Shown here: piece after piece, positions 1 to 7,579 of the stretch | Position numbering within the stretch: the first letter of the stretch is position 1 | How the letters are laid out: every line of letters starts with the position of its first letter | From: a virus | Lineage: Duplodnaviria > Caudoviricetes | Length of the DNA stretch: 53,561 nt | Direction: 5' to 3' (one strand) | Virus record (IMG/VR): IMGVR_UViG_3300031949_000052 | Coordinates: 1-53,561 of that record | Position numbers and translations under genes: made by a program | Notes under the pieces: model-generated | What the model saw: the letters and a program-made list of their open reading frames with translations, nothing else | What the model was told of the DNA's origin: nothing | Databases searched by the model: none

Positions 1-12
1 TCGAACGATGAT
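1..12. repeat. 12-nt terminal direct repeat (identical to 53550-53561); circular assembly overlap
   Basis: TCGAACGATGAT at both ends; collapsing it restores a continuous reading frame across the join. Confidence 0.9.
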
Positions 13-1325
13 AGGACCGCGTCATCGCTATCCGAACCTTCCAGTCTCTTACGCAACAGGCCGGACCATTCGTCGCCAGTCATGGCATTGGCAAGAATGC
101 CCATCATGGCAACGGCCGTAGGAACATCGGGCAAAGCAAGCTTCTGGCTGTCCTTCTGTCCCTTCTTGGCCTTGCGTGCCGCAGTCTTACGCAACGCCTC
201 CAGGGTGCCGCCGTTGTCGCGGGCCACATCGGGCTTGAACGCAATGAAGCTGGTCACGGTGAACGCCTCTGCGTTAACAGGGGCATTCTTGTGCCAGATC
301 GAAATCACCTTGGGCGTGTTGTCCACTTGATCGAGGACGGCCTTGCCCTTGGCGCCGTATTCCATGAGACCGATAGAAGGTTCATGGGTCTTTTCATCGA
401 AGGACTTGGGCGCGAACTGCCATTGCAATGCAGGCAGGTAAGCACGAATGCCCTCCGCCGCTTGCACAAGGCGCACGGACTTGCGCAAAGTGTTGACCGA
501 AGTATTCCGCCGCTGGTTCCACTTGCCTTTCCAGCGCACGAGTACCGCTTTCGCGGTACCCAACAACGGGCCGGTGTTGTCCTTCAAGGCCCGGTTGATA
601 TCGCGGATGTGTTCGGCTTGAGCCTTGCCGTCCTTCGTGGCGTCCCACATGTCCTCGTATACCTTGCCTTGGCGGGTTTTGCGCTCGCCGCCATCGTAAT
701 AGACTTGCTCGTATTTCTCAGGGCGATTGGTCTTACCCAGAGGGTCTTTGTCTCCGCCGCGTCCTGGTAAGGCCCATTCCTCAGCGATTGTCTTCGCGCC
801 GAACCTTTCGACAAGATCGAAGGCAATCATGATAGGGGCAATGTTGGTCACCTCCCGACTATGGGTGATGATACGCATATGCCCCATGACAGCGTCATCG
901 AGCTTGGCGGCTAGGGCGGATGCCGTCTTGTGTTCCCTGCTTTCGACGGCCATAGAGGAGGCAGGCTCGCTAACCTCGTCTTCACGCTCGCCCACGTTTG
1001 CGTCAATCCAGTCATGGATTGCGTCGACACGAAGGCTGTCTGCATCGACGGCCGATGTCCCGTCGGGAATGGTCGCGGCTGACCATACCGCGTAAACATC
1101 GGCATCCGTCATCGTCGCGGGGTCCACTTCATAGTCATCGTCCGAAGCGATATCCCGAGCATAGGCGACAACCTGTCCCATGATAGACAGGCTTTCACCT
1201 GCCTTCACATTGAAAGCCTTGCCGTCTACCTCCAAGTCCGTTGCATCGACGGACGCAACGAACGTTGGCAGAATGACGTTACGAGCGGCGGCGCCACTGC
1301 CACGCCTACGATTTCCGTTAGCCAT
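1..1325 (-). CDS. Hypothetical early protein, 5' part (495 aa in total; continues at 53549-53387)
   Basis: ATG at 1325 with AGGAG RBS; frame open to base 1 (MANGNRRRGSGAAARNVILP...DDAVLSSF); missing from the ORF track because it wraps. Confidence 0.85.
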   Translation of the reverse strand, partial: MANGNRRRGSGAAARNVILPTFVASVDATDLEVDGKAFNVKAGESLSIMGQVVAYARDIASDDDYEVDPATMTDADVYAVWSAATIPDGTSAVDADSLRVDAIHDWIDANVGEREDEVSEPASSMAVESREHKTASALAAKLDDAVMGHMRIITHSREVTNIAPIMIAFDLVERFGAKTIAEEWALPGRGGDKDPLGKTNRPEKYEQVYYDGGERKTRQGKVYEDMWDATKDGKAQAEHIRDINRALKDNTGPLLGTAKAVLVRWKGKWNQRRNTSVNTLRKSVRLVQAAEGIRAYLPALQWQFAPKSFDEKTHEPSIGLMEYGAKGKAVLDQVDNTPKVISIWHKNAPVNAEAFTVTSFIAFKPDVARDNGGTLEALRKTAARKAKKGQKDSQKLALPDVPTAVAMMGILANAMTGDEWSGLLRKRLEGSDSDDAVLSSF

Positions 1326-1443
1326 AGCTTGCTCCTATTCCCGTCTTGTCTACTCCGAGCGTGGAGTAAGTGAGTGTCGGGCTACTCGCGGGCATGATCG
1401 CCCCTGTTACCCTACCGGATTGATGATAGGGCAACGAGCGCAA

Positions 1444-1755
1444 TCAAGCTAACGGACAATTCTCTTCCTTGTGGTCACCTCCGCCGCAAAACTGGCATAC
1501 CCATTCCGGCAGAGGTTCGAATGGGGTGCCGTCATCCCAGTACCCGACCTTTGCGACACCCCTAACCCGAACAACAACACCGTTAAACAGGCTGCCCGGA
1601 CTATCGTAATTGTAGTGTACTTCGGTCGGTATCGCAGGCACGGGATAGTGTGGCTCGCCGATACCGTAGTTGTAGGGCGTGCCAGTAAACCACTCTTTGA
1701 ATAGGGAATTGTAACGAGTGATCTTGGTCACATCCCCGAACGTAGGAATGGTCAT
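1444..1755 (-). CDS. Small protein with C-terminal CCHC zinc knuckle
   Basis: CQFCGGGDHKEENC = CX2CX4HX4C; AGGAGAAAGGGA RBS upstream. Confidence 0.7.
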   Translation of the reverse strand: MTIPTFGDVTKITRYNSLFKEWFTGTPYNYGIGEPHYPVPAIPTEVHYNYDSPGSLFNGVVVRVRGVAKVGYWDDGTPFEPLPEWVCQFCGGGDHKEENCPLA

Positions 1756-1904
1756 TGTCTTGTCCCTTTCTCCTATGGGTCGAAACTACATCTTCGGAAA
1801 ACAATGTGGCTTCATTATGTCCATCATAACACGCATACCTGCTATGTCTATGGCACATACCTCTATAGGGCATGCAACGATCACTTTGTACTACAAAGTA
1901 TGAT

Positions 1905-1927
1905 TAAGCCATTGAAATCATTGAATA
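1905..1927. promoter_or_regulatory. Possible IHF-like site(s) in divergent intergenic region
   Basis: TAAGCCATTGAAATCATTGAAT resembles TAAnnnnTTGAW in tandem. Confidence 0.3.
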
Positions 1928-2154
1928 ACTAGGTTTGTTCTCTCTTTGTGCAATATGATCGTATTGAACAGAGCGAGAACGGGTAGCACCCTAGGTTGCA
2001 TGTCTCGCATAGCACACGTTTTACGTGCTATTTCCTATCATCAGTGCTCGAAGTAGGGCAGGGCACGGGAGAACAGTACGGCAGAGGTGTAAAACATGGG
2101 GTACATACGGATAAGGACTAGAGGTCATAACATAATGGGGAAAGAGAAGTGCGT

Positions 2155-2182
2155 TTGACTTGGCAACCTAACCTGTTATACT
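2155..2182 (+). promoter_or_regulatory. sigma70-type promoter (early)
   Basis: TTGACT-N16-TATACT; about 50-nt near-copy at 5961. Confidence 0.7.
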
Positions 2183-2240
2183 ATAGGAACAATGGGACAG
2201 AGGTTCTATTGATCGACCACTAAATCTGAAGGGACAAGCC

Positions 2241-2816
2241 ATGATTACGTTGGACACCAAGACCCAGCTCACGCTGGCCGCCCGCGAATTCCTTATCAAC
2301 AAGACCATAAGTGCGTATGGGTTCCTGGTAATTATTCAGCAGGAGCTGAATACCACATTCCCCATCAACGGCCCTGCTGACAGAACAAATGCTCAGAACT
2401 TCGCGCGACAAATACTCGCGCAAGTTGAGCCCCCGCCTGCTCCCGACGAGAATCCTACATGGGAAGAGAACGGCAAGTGGTTTTACTTTGATCCATTAGC
2501 GGACCCTGAGTTTCCATTCGAGATCGAGATTACCGCAATCGACATCGACTCCACACAGCACATTCTCGGGGAACGCAGCCCACCGGCGACGCTGTCTGAG
2601 TTGCACGAGTACGAGGTACTCATGCGTACCAGTGGCCTACGCAACGGCGAACTCCGCAAGTCATGGGCTGACAATCCCTCCCCCAAACCCGCTCCGCTCT
2701 GGACCGGGAAGCCCAACGCCGCAGAGGTATTCTGCAAGGCCATACAGGTAGAGGTCAACGAGTCACGCGTAAGGCGTGGCCATGATCCCCTGCCCGGCAA
2801 TGGTTGGGATGACTAG
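2241..2816 (+). CDS. Hypothetical protein
   Basis: 191-aa ORF, GAAGGGA RBS, first gene after promoter. Confidence 0.75.
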   Translation: MITLDTKTQLTLAAREFLINKTISAYGFLVIIQQELNTTFPINGPADRTNAQNFARQILAQVEPPPAPDENPTWEENGKWFYFDPLADPEFPFEIEITAIDIDSTQHILGERSPPATLSELHEYEVLMRTSGLRNGELRKSWADNPSPKPAPLWTGKPNAAEVFCKAIQVEVNESRVRRGHDPLPGNGWDD

Positions 2817-2818
2817 TC

Positions 2819-3001
2819 ATGGCATCAGTCACATCACAGGGTCTACACCCTGTATTGGACGTGGCAACCATGGAAATGGTTGTCAGTCCCTCAGGTGACA
2901 CCATTGAGTTCACCAATGGTGTGGTCACCGTCACCGTCGCGCTGCGCAAGCGTGAGATAGCCATTCTCATGGACCGTTTCACATCAGGGGGCCTGACCTA
3001 G
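2819..3001 (+). CDS. Hypothetical protein
   Basis: 60-aa ORF closely following previous gene. Confidence 0.55.
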   Translation: MASVTSQGLHPVLDVATMEMVVSPSGDTIEFTNGVVTVTVALRKREIAILMDRFTSGGLT

Positions 3002-3006
3002 CCACA

Positions 3007-3112
3007 TAGGACCTCACTGGTGAGTTTAAATCTACCCCGGTAGATAGGTAGCGGGGTACTCATTTAAACGCATCAGTGGGCTTCCTACGGGCTCCTAAGG
3101 GCCTTCTATTAG
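3007..3112 (+). repeat. Dispersed intergenic motif copy 1 (forms a long inverted repeat)
   Basis: GGTAGCGG..AAACGCAYC..GRGCTTCCTA..CTTCTA shared with 13016 and 51921; CTCACTGGTG/CATCAGTGGG, GTTTAAAT/ATTTAAAC and TACCCCG/CGGGGTA pair. Confidence 0.7.
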
Positions 3113-3127
3113 CAATGGAGGGACAAG

Positions 3128-3358
3128 ATGGGTGTTTTGCAGTATCGCAAGGGCAAGCAGCATGGGTACATGGGTATCCATCAACTAGCCCACAGGAATG
3201 GCCGTCCATACAACGGCCGGTCAGATCAGCGTAGCTATGATAATGGTTACGCTGAAGGGTGCCAAGCTAAGGCCCGGCAGATGGCCGAGCTAAAGTCTTG
3301 GTACCTCGCTAACGTGGGAGAGGTCCCGCGTTTCTTCAAACAACAACGGAGAGCTTGA
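3128..3358 (+). CDS. Hypothetical protein
   Basis: GGAGGGA RBS; 76 aa. Confidence 0.7.
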   Translation: MGVLQYRKGKQHGYMGIHQLAHRNGRPYNGRSDQRSYDNGYAEGCQAKARQMAELKSWYLANVGEVPRFFKQQRRA

Positions 3359-3359
3359 C

Positions 3360-3656
3360 ATGAGACCCGAGAGCGAAGCCTGTTACACGTTGGACGAGGC
3401 CCGTGGGATGTCCAACGATGGCGATATCAACATCGCCGAGAGGAAGACTGCGTATCTGACCTTCAAGGGCTACGATACCCGCTTGACCGACGACGACATC
3501 CTCAACATCGAGCGGTTCCTCGACGACGACGTCGAGCCCGACGAGTTCGTCACTCTGATGGTGCAGGCAGAGCAGGACAAGCTCACCGCCACCACCGATA
3601 CCAGCGCAGCGCCCGAGGCCACACCCCAGGAGGCACCTGCCTCGACGGCCGCGTAG
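3360..3656 (+). CDS. Small acidic protein
   Basis: GGAG RBS; about 23 D/E versus 8 K/R in 98 aa. Confidence 0.75.
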   Translation: MRPESEACYTLDEARGMSNDGDINIAERKTAYLTFKGYDTRLTDDDILNIERFLDDDVEPDEFVTLMVQAEQDKLTATTDTSAAPEATPQEAPASTAA

Positions 3657-3662
3657 CGCCGG

Positions 3663-3850
3663 CCCCGGCAGGGTTGAGCCCCTACTTCGCGTTTTTACTG
3701 CTAGCTAGGGTTACTCCTATTAGCGGTACGTAGTAGGTGTCCCTGCCGGGAGTTATACCCACGCTAAGTGGGTGTGCTATCTAGGACTGCAGTCCTGGAT
3801 GCCTGACAGTGGTGGTCATGAGTGTCCGCTCGTGCACTACTGTCAGGCCC
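3663..3850 (+). ncRNA. Structured intergenic element (four consecutive hairpins)
   Basis: CCCGGCAGGG/CCCTGCCGGG closes an about 85-nt rod; ACCCAC/GTGGGT; CTAGGAC/GTCCTGG; GCCTGACAGTGGTG/CACTACTGTCAGGC. Confidence 0.5.
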
Positions 3851-3874
3851 CAGCTTTCACACATGGAGGGACAC

Positions 3875-4273
3875 ATGGAAGACCACCGTTCTAAGCATGA
3901 GGTTCAAATCTACATAGGTGCGGACAAGGTAATCCGCATCAACGTTGACGGCGTATGTGCCACGCGCATACGTTTGGAGGGCACAAAGGTAGTATTCGAA
4001 GACGAACGTGCAAAACCCGAGCCCGACGTCATTATACCGGATTTTAATTTCTTCATCGAAGACCGGCAGGTACGGGGTATCGAAGGTTACGCTATCCGTT
4101 GTGAGCCTTCAAAGACCGTGGGCTATTTTGCTGCGGCCTACGTCTCTCGGGACCAAGCTGAACGGGTACTACATAATATTATTAAAGACTTCAACATGCA
4201 GCACTACCGTGCCAACTTCACCAACGCAAGCAGTCCCTTGTACGTAAGGGACATCGACGGCAAGGACAAGTAA
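3875..4273 (+). CDS. Hypothetical protein
   Basis: ATG 3875 with GGAGGG RBS preferred over the track's 3809 start. Confidence 0.7.
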   Translation: MEDHRSKHEVQIYIGADKVIRINVDGVCATRIRLEGTKVVFEDERAKPEPDVIIPDFNFFIEDRQVRGIEGYAIRCEPSKTVGYFAAAYVSRDQAERVLHNIIKDFNMQHYRANFTNASSPLYVRDIDGKDK

Positions 4274-4290
4274 TCCAACGGAGGAAGGCC

Positions 4291-4527
4291 ATGTCCAAAG
4301 TAAGGTATGTCCTGTTCCACCCCAGGTACGGGTGGCTGATGAAGCCCCGTGCTCAGTGCTTCCTCCACGTCCAGCACATGGGCAACATTCAACCTGCTAC
4401 CTTCACACAAGAGGAAGCCTTGAGTGAAGAGGCGTACTGGGAAATGTACGACTTCATACTTAAGGTCGTACCGCTAACTGAGTTCGGGCGACAATACGAG
4501 CTCACATCCGCAGCTATGGCTGCCTAA
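4291..4527 (+). CDS. Hypothetical protein
   Basis: GGAGGAAGG RBS; 78 aa. Confidence 0.7.
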   Translation: MSKVRYVLFHPRYGWLMKPRAQCFLHVQHMGNIQPATFTQEEALSEEAYWEMYDFILKVVPLTEFGRQYELTSAAMAA

Positions 4528-4544
4528 CTACAACGGAGGGTGTT

Positions 4545-5390
4545 ATGGGAATAGGTTCGATGTTTCGTGGTGGCAATGGCAACGAGAAAACTCCGAGGGA
4601 CTATATCCCTCCGAGGGTGGACGTGCCGAGGCCACGAACGTTGGGGCAGCGTGCCGCCACAATAGAGGCGGAAGTGGAGGCCGTGGAACTGGAGAGAAAT
4701 TCCCTCCGAGGTGAATTGGATTTCTACAAGAGTGAGCTTGCGGCACTTACCATAGTGGCCCAAGAAATAAGGAATGAGCGCGATCATCATTGCGAACGCG
4801 CCGACAAGTACCAGGATATGCACGTTAAGTTACATGAACGTTTGTCAATTGTTTTGAACATTATCAACGACGTTGCCACTGAGAAACCCGTCGATCCCCA
4901 GGTTCCTAAGACGGAGAAGGACGCCCGGATCGCCGAGACCCAGGGCTTGACCGCCATTGCCAATGAATTAGAGAAAGCCTCTGACGCAGCCGATGCTGCG
5001 GTTCTCGACGCAGATCAGGAAGAGATGGATGGGCATGGACCTTTAAAACGTCCTCAACTTCCTGTCGAAGTAACAGCCCACCAAATACCACACCCTCAAC
5101 GGGTGAGTGAACACGAGATGTACGATCGACCTAATGTAGCCTTGGTCGAGCCGACACCAGAGCGTGTCAGTGCGCCGTCAAACTACCTAAGCAAGAATTC
5201 CATTAAGAATTACTACGGTAGCAAAATAGGCTTTGTCCCTCCGGGGTTCAGGGACCGCCCCACCTACGAGAGACAAGGTGGGGTATGGGTGCGTATCAGT
5301 GATGGACCCACGCTTTTAAGGACTGAGTTTGAAGCAAAGCTAGCAGGTCTACACCGCACACTCAAAGCTGATCCGAGAGAAGGAGGCTAG
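4545..5390 (+). CDS. Coiled-coil hypothetical protein
   Basis: GGAGGG RBS; heptad-like N-terminal half. Confidence 0.75.
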   Translation: MGIGSMFRGGNGNEKTPRDYIPPRVDVPRPRTLGQRAATIEAEVEAVELERNSLRGELDFYKSELAALTIVAQEIRNERDHHCERADKYQDMHVKLHERLSIVLNIINDVATEKPVDPQVPKTEKDARIAETQGLTAIANELEKASDAADAAVLDADQEEMDGHGPLKRPQLPVEVTAHQIPHPQRVSEHEMYDRPNVALVEPTPERVSAPSNYLSKNSIKNYYGSKIGFVPPGFRDRPTYERQGGVWVRISDGPTLLRTEFEAKLAGLHRTLKADPREGG

Positions 5391-5394
5391 CCCT

Positions 5395-5526
5395 ATGAAG
5401 CACTTACCTTTGGTACTCTTCACAATAGCAGCGGGGGTCGTCCTGGCATTCCTGTTCTACGGTGCCAAGGATGGTTCCTATCACCTATTTCGGGCGCCAC
5501 AATGGGACGCCAGCAAAGGGAGGTAG
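5395..5526 (+). CDS. Small membrane protein (43 aa)
   Basis: AAGGAGG RBS; MKHLPLVLFTIAAGVVLAFLFY hydrophobic helix. Confidence 0.6.
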   Translation: MKHLPLVLFTIAAGVVLAFLFYGAKDGSYHLFRAPQWDASKGR

Positions 5527-5528
5527 CG

Positions 5529-5720
5529 GTGATCAAGTTTATTCGCCCGATCATGTGCATCGACATGGTTCCTGCTATGGGAGTCGTTGATCACCAAGAG
5601 GTCGAGGGGTGGTACATCGTCGGGTCCTTAGGGGGGTTCCACGCCATTGGTGCCTTTGTTGTTACCCCTTCTGATTTATGCAAGGAAGGGCGACACGGGG
5701 ACCTAAGTCATGGGCTCTGA
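5529..5720 (+). CDS. Hypothetical protein
   Basis: GTG start with GGAGG RBS. Confidence 0.5.
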   Translation: MIKFIRPIMCIDMVPAMGVVDHQEVEGWYIVGSLGGFHAIGAFVVTPSDLCKEGRHGDLSHGL

Positions 5721-5964
5721 ACGTCCACGTCTTCGTGACTTATTCTGGGACGGTGACCGAAGAGCCGAAGGCAAGCAGCCCAACGGTAGGATCATCGAAA
5801 TCAACTGGGAATATCCTCGATCGGTCATAGTACGCTTCGAGGATGGTGGGGAGGTCGAATCCTACGAGTGGGAGGACATCCAAGATGGGTGGTGCGATCT
5901 GTTCGGTGGATGCTACATGGTCGGTCAGCCCATTAGCTTCAATAGTAAAGGGATACCCTGTTGA
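5710..5964 (+). CDS. Hypothetical protein
   Basis: 84-aa ORF in + strand gene run. Confidence 0.6.
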   Translation: MGSERPRLRDLFWDGDRRAEGKQPNGRIIEINWEYPRSVIVRFEDGGEVESYEWEDIQDGWCDLFGGCYMVGQPISFNSKGIPC

Positions 5965-5989
5965 CTTAGCAACCTAGGGGTGTCATACT
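5961..5989 (+). promoter_or_regulatory. sigma70-type promoter, duplicate of 2155
   Basis: TTGACT-N17-CATACT; shares GCAACCTA and ATACTATAGGRACAATG with the first copy. Confidence 0.65.
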
Positions 5990-6020
5990 ATAGGGACAAT
6001 GAGAAAGAGGGACCAAGATT

Positions 6021-6650
6021 ATGGCGCGCAAGAGACCCCCTAGGGGAAAGAACAAGCGCCTGTTTCCCAGACGACACAGCGCAGACTACATCAATGTTTA
6101 CCAAGGCCCTAATCGTGCGGCCCTTGGTGAGTACCATGCCCGCGTACAAACCACGTCTGGTGCACGTTGGGACATGGAACCCCGTTTATCTAATTCCTTT
6201 ATGTGGGCGATACCCGATCAAAAGGGGTCGCTCCGCAAACTCGTCTTCGTGGATGATCTGGGTGTGAAGCACACTTCCCAGACAGCGAAGGCTGATCGTG
6301 TTGATCGTCAGCACGAAATCTGGAATGAGGAACTAACCGTTCCTCTCCAACCTCGCAACACTTGGCAAGGTCCTAGACATCAGGGCATCTCCGAGTGGCA
6401 CGGCGTAAAGCTGTTCGAGGACAAGGAAAGAGGCCGCTCTTTCAGCATGTGGTTCAGTGGTCAAAGGTACTTCTTCCTGAAGTTCCTGACCACAACCAAA
6501 GTTATCCTACAGTCCGTTGTGTACCCGAGTAGGGCGGATGCAATGTTCGCCTGGGAAAACACACACATAAAACCAATAAACTACATCACCGAGTACGCAA
6601 TCCCGGACAACCCCAACGAAGGTGTTGAGATCCAAGTTCCTGATCGCTGA
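6021..6650 (+). CDS. Hypothetical protein with basic N-terminus
   Basis: GAGGGA RBS; 209 aa. Confidence 0.75.
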   Translation: MARKRPPRGKNKRLFPRRHSADYINVYQGPNRAALGEYHARVQTTSGARWDMEPRLSNSFMWAIPDQKGSLRKLVFVDDLGVKHTSQTAKADRVDRQHEIWNEELTVPLQPRNTWQGPRHQGISEWHGVKLFEDKERGRSFSMWFSGQRYFFLKFLTTTKVILQSVVYPSRADAMFAWENTHIKPINYITEYAIPDNPNEGVEIQVPDR

Positions 6651-6683
6651 CGGATTTGTCCCTCGGCAGCGGTTGGGTTCAGT

Positions 6684-6721
6684 GGCCCCGGCGTGGCATT
6701 AGCTACGTCGGGGTTCTTTTT
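6684..6721 (+). terminator. Intrinsic terminator
   Basis: GCCCCGGCGTGGC-ATTA-GCTACGTCGGGGT followed by TCTTTTT. Confidence 0.8.
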
Positions 6722-6751
6722 GTCCATTTTCCTTTGAACGGAGCATTTCGC

Positions 6752-7075
6752 ATGATCCGTGTCTGTCAGTACTACCAAAAGGGATGCTACACGCATCCTC
6801 AGACGGTCGGCCCGCCTCGAACGAGCGGTGTAGTAACCTACGTGTGTCAACAGTGCATCAACGAACTTACTTTCTTCAACCTACGTCATGACCAAGAAGT
6901 CCGTGCGAAGCGGCGCTACCGTGAAGGTTTCTTAGCAGGTATCCTGCGGCCCGTATGGCGAAATGGTAGACGCAAGGGACTTAAAATCCCTCCTCATACC
7001 GGTTCGAGTCCGGTTACGGGCACCATCATGCAAAGGAGGAGGGCTACACATGGAGCAAGCGTTGGACAAGCTTAA
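6752..7075 (+). CDS. Possible Cys-rich protein whose 3' half overlaps the tRNA
   Basis: GGAG RBS; CxxC motif (CQQC). Confidence 0.4.
   Translation: MIRVCQYYQKGCYTHPQTVGPPRTSGVVTYVCQQCINELTFFNLRHDQEVRAKRRYREGFLAGILRPVWRNGRRKGLKIPPHTGSSPVTGTIMQRRRATHGASVGQA
6949..7025 (+). tRNA. tRNA-Leu(UAA) with short variable region
   Basis: GCCCGTA/TACGGGC acceptor stem, ACCA end, D-loop AAATGGTAGA, AGGGA-CTTAAAA-TCCCT, ACCGG-TTCGAGT-CCGGT. Confidence 0.92.
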
Positions 7076-7550
7076 CGACCCCAATTTTGGGGCCTTCGTT
7101 ACCTTTGTCTTGATCATCCTAATTGTCTTTCTGCTCATAATGCATGTAGTGACGACAATTATTCGTCGCCGGCGAGGGACAGCCACAATGTCAAGGAGGA
7201 GCAAGCAAAAGAAGTGGAACTTTTTCCAGTCCCGCTTAGCCGATCGCTTCACCACGATGATCGAAGACATGGTCCACTCTGGTGAAATGGCAAGAGACGA
7301 GGCCGACTGGCACTATAAACAGATCGGCCGCTCAACAGGGATCAAAGACTTGGTTCCCAGGAAATTCCGAGGGCCCACGCCTGCAAAACCCCTGCATCCA
7401 AACAAGGCTGCGCGTATCAAGGCTGAGATCGAGAAACGCGTTTCGCCTGCTGGCCTAGAGAAGATCGCCTTGAAGAGGGCTCAAGGCGGTTACGAAAAGA
7501 AACCCAAAAAGGGTTCTATTTTATTAGCCCGTTTATCTGCCAAAGCTTAG
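7050..7550 (+). CDS. Single-pass membrane protein with basic tail
   Basis: AAGGAGGAGG RBS before ATG 7050; FVTFVLIILIVFLLIMHVV then RRRR. Confidence 0.75.
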   Translation: MEQALDKLNDPNFGAFVTFVLIILIVFLLIMHVVTTIIRRRRGTATMSRRSKQKKWNFFQSRLADRFTTMIEDMVHSGEMARDEADWHYKQIGRSTGIKDLVPRKFRGPTPAKPLHPNKAARIKAEIEKRVSPAGLEKIALKRAQGGYEKKPKKGSILLARLSAKA

Positions 7551-7579
7551 CCGTCATCCAAACCAACGGAGCTACCGCA

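Noticed and set aside
82-1452. + strand ORFs in the track
   Set aside because: Antisense shadows of the RBS-bearing minus-strand gene that wraps the join
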